From: a virus
Virus record (IMG/VR): IMGVR_UViG_3300049215_000171
Coordinates: 3,273 to 67,272 of that record
Strand: one strand, 5' to 3'
DNA: 64,000 bases
The notes beneath the pieces were generated by a model. It searched no databases. It was not told the DNA's origin and worked only from the letters and a program-made list of their open reading frames with translations. A program made the translations under genes and the position numbers. Numbering within the stretch: the stretch's first letter is position 1; each line of letters opens with the position of its first letter. Below, piece after piece: positions 58,094 to 64,000 of the stretch.

Positions 58094-61000
58094 ATGTTTA
58101 AACAGACTATATCTTTTGATACGTGGGGCGGGGAGAACGGTAAATACAGATTAAAAAACAGACTTAATGAATCATTAGAAGATACACCTGAAGACACTTG
58201 TAAAAGAGTTTCCAACGCGCTAGCCGATTCAGAAGAGTCAGATAAAAAAGCCTATTGGAATGATCAATTTAATTCTATTATGGGAACAAAGTTTGCTGGC
58301 GGTGGTCGTATAATGGCCAATGCTGGAGCTACCGAACATAAAAAAGAAACGAGTCCCATTAATTGCACAGTTATGAGGCAAATACCTGATTCAATGATTG
58401 GTATTATGGATGTTGCTAAAGAATCCGCATTAACATTAAAAGCTGGATGCGGTGTTGGATATGATTTTAGTCCAATACGCCCAAAGGGCGCTCACGTATT
58501 TGGTGCCGGCGCCGCAACGTCAGGTATCATTTCTTTTATGAAGATTTTTGATGCCGTATGTTCTACGGTAATGTCAGGTGGTGCCAGACGCGGTGCTCAA
58601 ATGGCTTGTTTGGATATATCCTCACCAGACATTGAAGAGTTCATAACTGCTAAGAGACAAGATGGAGTGCTTAGATATTTTAATTGTTCAGTGTTGATAA
58701 CAGATAAGTTTATGGAGACAGTTGAGAACGATGGCAATTGGGATTTATGGTTCTGGGAAAAGATTTACGATAAGATTGATGAGAGTGATTTAAAAATAAA
58801 ACTAATCAGAAAAGATGATATTCCATACTCTCATTCAGATTTCACCTATTTTAGATATGACAAAAATCACAATGAGGTGGTATATGGAAATTGTACAACA
58901 AAAGATATTTTTATAAAAAAAGTTTATAAAACAGTAAAAGCAAAATATTTATTTGATTTGATTACTAAATCAACATATAATTTTTGGGAGCCCGGATTTA
59001 TTCTTATTGATCGCGTTAATAAAGAAAATAATTTGTATTTTTGTGAAACTATTCGTTGTACAAATCCCTGCGTTAGTGGTGATACTAGGTTAGCTACACA
59101 ATATGGATTAATGACGGTAAAAGAATTATATGAAAAACAATTGCCAATTATGGCCACGGTTGATAATAGGGCGTTTGGTGATTCGTTTGGTGTTAGTACA
59201 AAACCAGCAAAGCCAGTTTTTATGACCGCTGAAAGCGCGTCAATATATAAAGTATCGACAAATCACGGTTATGAAATAAAGGCCACAGAATGGCACGAGT
59301 TTTATACCCAAAGAGGAAAAATTAAATTAAAAGACATGGTTGTTGGAGACACATTATATATTCAGAGCGGTAAGGGGCAATTTGGAGATAAAGGTAATTA
59401 CGAACTAGGATCTATAATAGGTTGGATTACTGGTGATGGTCATTTTAGTAATGACGGTAATCATCCAGTGGCACATTTAACATATTGGAATAAAGATCGA
59501 GAGTTAGCAAATAATATGGTAAATTGGGTAAATAATATTGTTCTGAAAGAAAAGCATAATGGAAAAGAAAATAGAACATATCAATCATCAATTACTAATC
59601 AGCCAGATCAAAATAAATCTACAATTCAATCTAGAATACTTGCAAGATATTTAGATACAAACTTTAATTTCAATACAGAAACAAAATTAAGAGTTCCAGA
59701 AATAATTTGGCAAGGCAATGAAGAATGTGTTAGGGGATATTTAAAACATTTATTTCAAGCAGATGGAACAGTGAATATACGAAATACGAGAGCTAAAAAA
59801 GAATTTAATATTAGATTAGCATCATCGTATAAAGAGTTATTAAACGATGTGCAAATGTTATTGTCTAATTTCGGTATAGTTTCTCATATTTATAAAAGAA
59901 GAAATGAAAGATATGTGGATATGCCTAATGGCAAAGGCGGTAGTAAACCATACTTATGTAAAATTCAATATGAATTATTGATAATGGGTGAAAGTAAAAA
60001 TGTCTTCTTCAAAGAAATAGGATTTTTTGGAGCCAAACAATCTAGATTAAATGAATATATAGAAATATGTGGTAAATCTAGAAAAAAAGAAAAGTTTAAA
60101 ACAAAAATTACTGATATACAGTTTGCCGGAAATGAGCCAGTATATGATACGACACAGCCAGAGAAAAACGCAGTAATATTCAATAGTTTACATACTGGAC
60201 AGTGTGGCGAACAACCGCTTCACCCATTAACTTCCTGCTTACTAGGATCTATGATCCTTCCGCCGTATGTCAGTAATGGGTTTGAAAAAAATGCTTCATT
60301 TGATTTTGATCAACTCGCAAAAGACGTTCGTATAGCAACACGGGCGTTAGATAACGTGGTAGAAATTAATAATTTACCACTAAAAGAAATGCAAGAGGAA
60401 ATATTATCAAAGCGTAGGCACGGACTTGGATTTACCGGACTTGGCTCCACATTAAATATGTTATGTGTGTCTTACGGTTCAGACGAAAGTCTTGAGTTTT
60501 CTGAAAAAGTAATGCTTATAATAGCTCAACAAGGATTATTAGAAAATATATCCCTTGCAAAAGAAAAAGGTTGCGCCCCAATTTTTTCTACCGAGAAAAA
60601 TAGAAAATTAGTTTTAGAATCAATTTACTTAAAGAGATTATTAAATACATTTGATAATAAAGATGAGCTAATACAAGATATTTTACAATATGGATTGAGA
60701 TTCTCTCACGCAACATCAATAGCTCCAACTGGTACAATGTCAATGTCATGGGGCAATAATTGCTCTAATGGTATTGAACCAGTGTTTGCTAACTCGTATA
60801 TGAGAAATGTTAGATCGTTTGGTAAAAAAACAAAAACACAAGAAGAAGTGTTTGATTATGCGTTCTTTTTGTGGAAAGAAAAATTTGTAAATAAGGCGCT
60901 TCCCAAATATTGGAAAACAACAGATGATCTAAAAGTTATGGATCATTTAAAAATACAATCAGTCGTTCAAAAATGGTGTGATAGTTCTATTAGTAAAACT

Positions 61001-61285
61001 ATAAATATACCGGAAAACTATTCATTTGAGGATTTTCAAAAGGTGTATCTTGATGGCTGGAAGCTAGGACTAAAAGGACTGACAACTTATAGACCAAATC
61101 CAAATGTTTCTTCCGGAGTTTTGACTCAAAAAGAAACTCTGGAAAAAACTGAATATTGTTTTAAATTAGAAGATGGAACTGAAGTATCATTTAAAGGAAC
61201 TGATAGTGTTGAATATGATGGTGAGATACATAATGTCGCTAATCTTTTTGATGCACTGAAGGAGGGTATCTATGGAAACATGTAA
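58094..61285 (+). CDS. nrdJ: Class II (B12-dependent) ribonucleotide reductase, NrdJa-like subunit, intein-containing
   Basis: GGRIMANAG, INCTV, GGARRGAQM, TNP/CGEQPL, RRHGLGFTGLG, SIAPTGT, DSSISKTIN, LKGLTTYR; no NrdB gene adjacent. Confidence 0.88.
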   Translation: MFKQTISFDTWGGENGKYRLKNRLNESLEDTPEDTCKRVSNALADSEESDKKAYWNDQFNSIMGTKFAGGGRIMANAGATEHKKETSPINCTVMRQIPDSMIGIMDVAKESALTLKAGCGVGYDFSPIRPKGAHVFGAGAATSGIISFMKIFDAVCSTVMSGGARRGAQMACLDISSPDIEEFITAKRQDGVLRYFNCSVLITDKFMETVENDGNWDLWFWEKIYDKIDESDLKIKLIRKDDIPYSHSDFTYFRYDKNHNEVVYGNCTTKDIFIKKVYKTVKAKYLFDLITKSTYNFWEPGFILIDRVNKENNLYFCETIRCTNPCVSGDTRLATQYGLMTVKELYEKQLPIMATVDNRAFGDSFGVSTKPAKPVFMTAESASIYKVSTNHGYEIKATEWHEFYTQRGKIKLKDMVVGDTLYIQSGKGQFGDKGNYELGSIIGWITGDGHFSNDGNHPVAHLTYWNKDRELANNMVNWVNNIVLKEKHNGKENRTYQSSITNQPDQNKSTIQSRILARYLDTNFNFNTETKLRVPEIIWQGNEECVRGYLKHLFQADGTVNIRNTRAKKEFNIRLASSYKELLNDVQMLLSNFGIVSHIYKRRNERYVDMPNGKGGSKPYLCKIQYELLIMGESKNVFFKEIGFFGAKQSRLNEYIEICGKSRKKEKFKTKITDIQFAGNEPVYDTTQPEKNAVIFNSLHTGQCGEQPLHPLTSCLLGSMILPPYVSNGFEKNASFDFDQLAKDVRIATRALDNVVEINNLPLKEMQEEILSKRRHGLGFTGLGSTLNMLCVSYGSDESLEFSEKVMLIIAQQGLLENISLAKEKGCAPIFSTEKNRKLVLESIYLKRLLNTFDNKDELIQDILQYGLRFSHATSIAPTGTMSMSWGNNCSNGIEPVFANSYMRNVRSFGKKTKTQEEVFDYAFFLWKEKFVNKALPKYWKTTDDLKVMDHLKIQSVVQKWCDSSISKTINIPENYSFEDFQKVYLDGWKLGLKGLTTYRPNPNVSSGVLTQKETLEKTEYCFKLEDGTEVSFKGTDSVEYDGEIHNVANLFDALKEGIYGNM
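59069..60202 (+). mobile_element. Intein with LAGLIDADG endonuclease (378 aa) in NrdJ, ending Gly-Gln
   Basis: Starts CVSGDTRL; ATEWH block B; IGWITGDG and LFQADG; VYDTT block F; ends SLHTGQ before the catalytic Cys. Confidence 0.9.
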
Positions 61286-61892
61286 AATACAATCAAAAAT
61301 AGTATCTTGGACAATTAAAACCGCTCACGATCGACCAAATATAATTCACACTGCCCTCGCCCCAAAACGACCAGACATTCTTCCATGCGATATCAAAAAA
61401 GCAAAGATACAGGGCGAACAATGGACAATGTTCGTTGGATTGCTGAATGGTCAGCCATATGAAGTATTCGGAGGACTATCCAAATATGTTGATATACCAA
61501 ATAAACATAAAATAGGACAAATACAAAAAAATGGTAAAGTAGATGGTATCAGCACATATAATTTAATAATTGGTGAAGACGATGATCAAATGACAATTAA
61601 AGATATTGCAAACGTATTTGAAAACGCTAACTTCGGAGCATTTTCGAGAACAATATCGTTGTCATTGAGACATGGAGTGCCAGTTCAATATATAGTTGAG
61701 CAACTACAAAAAGATAAGTATTCAGATATAACTTCATTTTCAAAGGTTATGTCAAGAGTATTGAAAGCATATATTCAAGATGGGCTAAAATCTGCATCAG
61801 AAAAAGTATGTCCGTCTTGTAAGCAGGAAAATACCCTTATATATCAAGAAGGGTGTCTTCGATGCAAAGACTGCTCGTATAGTCGTTGTTAA
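61272..61892 (+). CDS. NrdJb-like C-terminal subunit of class II RNR (TSCPD-like plus zinc ribbon)
   Basis: PKRPDILPC, GQPYEVF, SRTISLSLRHGVP..YIVEQL, CPSC...YQEGCLRCKDCSYSRC. Confidence 0.8.
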   Translation: METCKIQSKIVSWTIKTAHDRPNIIHTALAPKRPDILPCDIKKAKIQGEQWTMFVGLLNGQPYEVFGGLSKYVDIPNKHKIGQIQKNGKVDGISTYNLIIGEDDDQMTIKDIANVFENANFGAFSRTISLSLRHGVPVQYIVEQLQKDKYSDITSFSKVMSRVLKAYIQDGLKSASEKVCPSCKQENTLIYQEGCLRCKDCSYSRC

Positions 61893-61925
61893 TTTACTAA
61901 TTTTTTCATATTATATTAAGACAGT

Positions 61926-62294
61926 ATGCGTTATACCATCTTAATTAAACGAGACGAAAATACTAAAAGTATAGAAATGCAGGAGCAATCCCGTTTCATT
62001 AAAACAATTTTAGAGGCCCTCGAAGTAGGAATAGACTACAAGACCGAGGAGCCTCTTTCTATTGAAAATAAAATAAAAATGCGAAAATCGCTCGAATTCT
62101 ATGGTATAACTATCATTGAAGTTTTTGATGGTAGCATGAAAATTTTTGCCGAAAAAGAACTTATTGCAGAATGGAAAAAACCAACGTATAAGTTGAAACA
62201 GGATCTTTCGCAGATAGATCCCAAAAAGAAATTATATATGGAAATGAATATTGAGTTTTGGACAGTTTTTGAACAAAATGACGGGAAGGAGTAA
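61926..62294 (+). CDS. Hypothetical protein
   Basis: 122 aa ORF, co-oriented. Confidence 0.5.
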   Translation: MRYTILIKRDENTKSIEMQEQSRFIKTILEALEVGIDYKTEEPLSIENKIKMRKSLEFYGITIIEVFDGSMKIFAEKELIAEWKKPTYKLKQDLSQIDPKKKLYMEMNIEFWTVFEQNDGKE

Positions 62295-62347
62295 TAATTA
62301 ATATAACCTAGTTCTATGTAAATAATTTCTTGCAAACGGAGATACCA

Positions 62348-63694
62348 GTGAAAAAAATCTATATACTTGATACATCTGTTTTAGTTTATGACCCTATGAG
62401 TTTCAAATCTTTCAATGATAATATAGTGATTATACCGATTACAGTTTTAGAGGAGTTAGATAAACTGAAAAAATTTTTTGATGAAACAGGTAAAAATGCA
62501 AGAACAGTTATTAGAACGTTGGATGGATTATTACCAAATAATAAAGATATTGAAAAGGGTATAAAACTAGAAAATAATATTTTATTAAAAATAGATCATA
62601 ATCTTGAAGAAGATAAATCTCTTGGAACATTTTTGTACGGAGATAATAGAATATTATCTTGTGCAATAAAATTAAATAAAATAAATCGTACTGAGAAAGT
62701 AGTACTCATTAGTAAAGATATTGCATTAAGAATTCGTGCCAAAGCATTAGGTATATTATCAGAAGATTATATAAAAGATAGATATAAGTCAGCTGATGAA
62801 ATTTATAATAGTGTAAGAGAATTAGAAATAAATGATGAACAAACTAACGAGTTTTATGGTAATCATTCAATTGAAATAGATAATATTTTTATAGAACAAA
62901 ATGGATTACAGGCGAATGATATTTTAGTATTAAAATCATCAAAAAATGATTTACTTGGATATGGAAGATTTCGCTCCAATAAAAAAGAAATTTTTGAGAT
63001 TAAAAAACATAAAAACGTATTTGGTATATCACCGAAAAGTTCGGAACAAAACTTCGCATTAGATCTTTTATTAGATAACTCGGTTAATTTAGTTTCATTG
63101 GCCGGGCCCAGTGGTACTGGTAAAACATTACTATCGTTAGCCTCCGGGTTACACAGTGTTTTAGAAGCACAAGATAAACGATATGATAAATTAATAATAA
63201 TGAAACCAATAGTTTCAGTTGGTAAAGATCTTGGCACATTACCGGGTGATAAGGAAGAAAAGCTATCTCCATTTTTAGCTTCATTTAGAGATAATTTAAA
63301 TTTTCTAATAAAAAACTCAAGTACCAAAATGAATAAAAACAATAAGGATGGTGTAGATCCATATCTATCTTTAATGATGGAAAAAGGATTAATTGAAATG
63401 GAAGCTCTTTCATACCTTCGAGGGCGTTCATTACCTAATGCATTTATTATTATTGACGAAGTTCAGAATTGCTCACTTCACGAACTAAAAACAATGATTA
63501 CTCGTATAGGTGAAGGAAGTAAAATAGTATTATTAGGAGATCTAAAACAGATAGATAATATGCAATTAGATTCTGCAAATAATGCATTGATTCATGCTAT
63601 TGAAAAATTTAAAGGTTATGATATATGCGGAAGTGTTTTACTAACAAAAGGTGAACGTTCACCACTGGCTACGCTTGCTTCAGAAATACTCTAA
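62348..63694 (+). CDS. phoH: PIN-PhoH (PhoH2/YlaK-like) protein
   Basis: YILDTSVL, VLEELD, DNRIL, SKDIALR PIN motifs; GPSGTGKT, LRGRSL, IIDEVQN, TRIGEGSK, GDLKQID; GTG 62348 after GGAG. Confidence 0.9.
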   Translation: MKKIYILDTSVLVYDPMSFKSFNDNIVIIPITVLEELDKLKKFFDETGKNARTVIRTLDGLLPNNKDIEKGIKLENNILLKIDHNLEEDKSLGTFLYGDNRILSCAIKLNKINRTEKVVLISKDIALRIRAKALGILSEDYIKDRYKSADEIYNSVRELEINDEQTNEFYGNHSIEIDNIFIEQNGLQANDILVLKSSKNDLLGYGRFRSNKKEIFEIKKHKNVFGISPKSSEQNFALDLLLDNSVNLVSLAGPSGTGKTLLSLASGLHSVLEAQDKRYDKLIIMKPIVSVGKDLGTLPGDKEEKLSPFLASFRDNLNFLIKNSSTKMNKNNKDGVDPYLSLMMEKGLIEMEALSYLRGRSLPNAFIIIDEVQNCSLHELKTMITRIGEGSKIVLLGDLKQIDNMQLDSANNALIHAIEKFKGYDICGSVLLTKGERSPLATLASEIL

Positions 63695-63723
63695 CCTATA
63701 TAAAATAAAAATAATAAAAATTG

Positions 63724-63751
63724 TTGACAGGCAAATAATCGTTGATATATT
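63724..63751 (+). promoter_or_regulatory. Sigma70-type / extended -10 promoter
   Basis: TTGACA (63724-29), 16 bp spacer, TG-a-TATATT (63743-51). Confidence 0.55.
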
Positions 63752-63790
63752 GTTTACTGAAGCCCAATTTATGGGGAAAAGGAGAACAAT

Positions 63791-64000
63791 ATGTCCGATC
63801 AAACAGAGAATGTGGCAAACACAACTGATACAGTGGCACCTACACAGCCATCCAACGTTCAAATAACTGAACGCTTAGAGGATGCCGATAAAACAGCACT
63901 AGATTTAGTAAAAGCAAAGCGTGAAACCGCATCGATGAATGCAAAATTAGCCGTTTCTCAAAGTGAAACGGCAGACCTAACATATAACAATTTAGTATTA
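63791..64000 (+). CDS. Hypothetical protein, truncated by the window end
   Basis: AAGGAG RBS then MSDQTENVANTTDTVAPTQPS...; open to 64000. Confidence 0.6.
   Translation, partial: MSDQTENVANTTDTVAPTQPSNVQITERLEDADKTALDLVKAKRETASMNAKLAVSQSETADLTYNNLVL

Noticed and set aside
965-63862. Minus-strand ORFs and short nested plus-strand ORFs in the track (for example 4580..4993, 35732..36166, 62863..63342, 63651..63866)
   Set aside because: They overlap well-supported plus-strand genes and show no recognisable motifs; treated as shadow ORFs.

Overview
This is an AT-rich segment of a large (jumbo-type) myovirus genome. All convincing genes are on the + strand and use the standard code. Bases 1-37 kb form a contractile-tail module: sheath, tube, a tail assembly chaperone pair joined by a -1 slippery site, tape measure, baseplate hub/spike/gp25/J-like proteins, very large LamG- and dockerin-motif proteins, and a 12-repeat Ig-like protein. 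Bases 37-46 kb carry three glycosyltransferases, an RmlB-type dehydratase interrupted by an intein in its YxxxK motif, a candidate envelope-spanning protein, a tubulin/FtsZ-family GTPase and a GH25 endolysin. Bases 46-64 kb carry an SF2 helicase, a putative nuclease plus N6-adenine methylase, RmlA, DnaC-like and DnaB, a decayed homing endonuclease, two FmdB zinc ribbons, a sigma factor, a split class II ribonucleotide reductase with a Gln-terminated intein, and PIN-PhoH. The most unusual observations are: (1) a candidate virion-glycosylation system, with an Asp-Gly-Tyr motif confined to structural proteins; (2) a shared hydrophobic C-terminal tag on four unrelated small proteins; (3) the intein in RmlB; (4) an inner-membrane-anchor/coiled-coil/beta-signal protein that may be a new type of spanin. 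All calls come from reading motifs by eye; no database searches were run.
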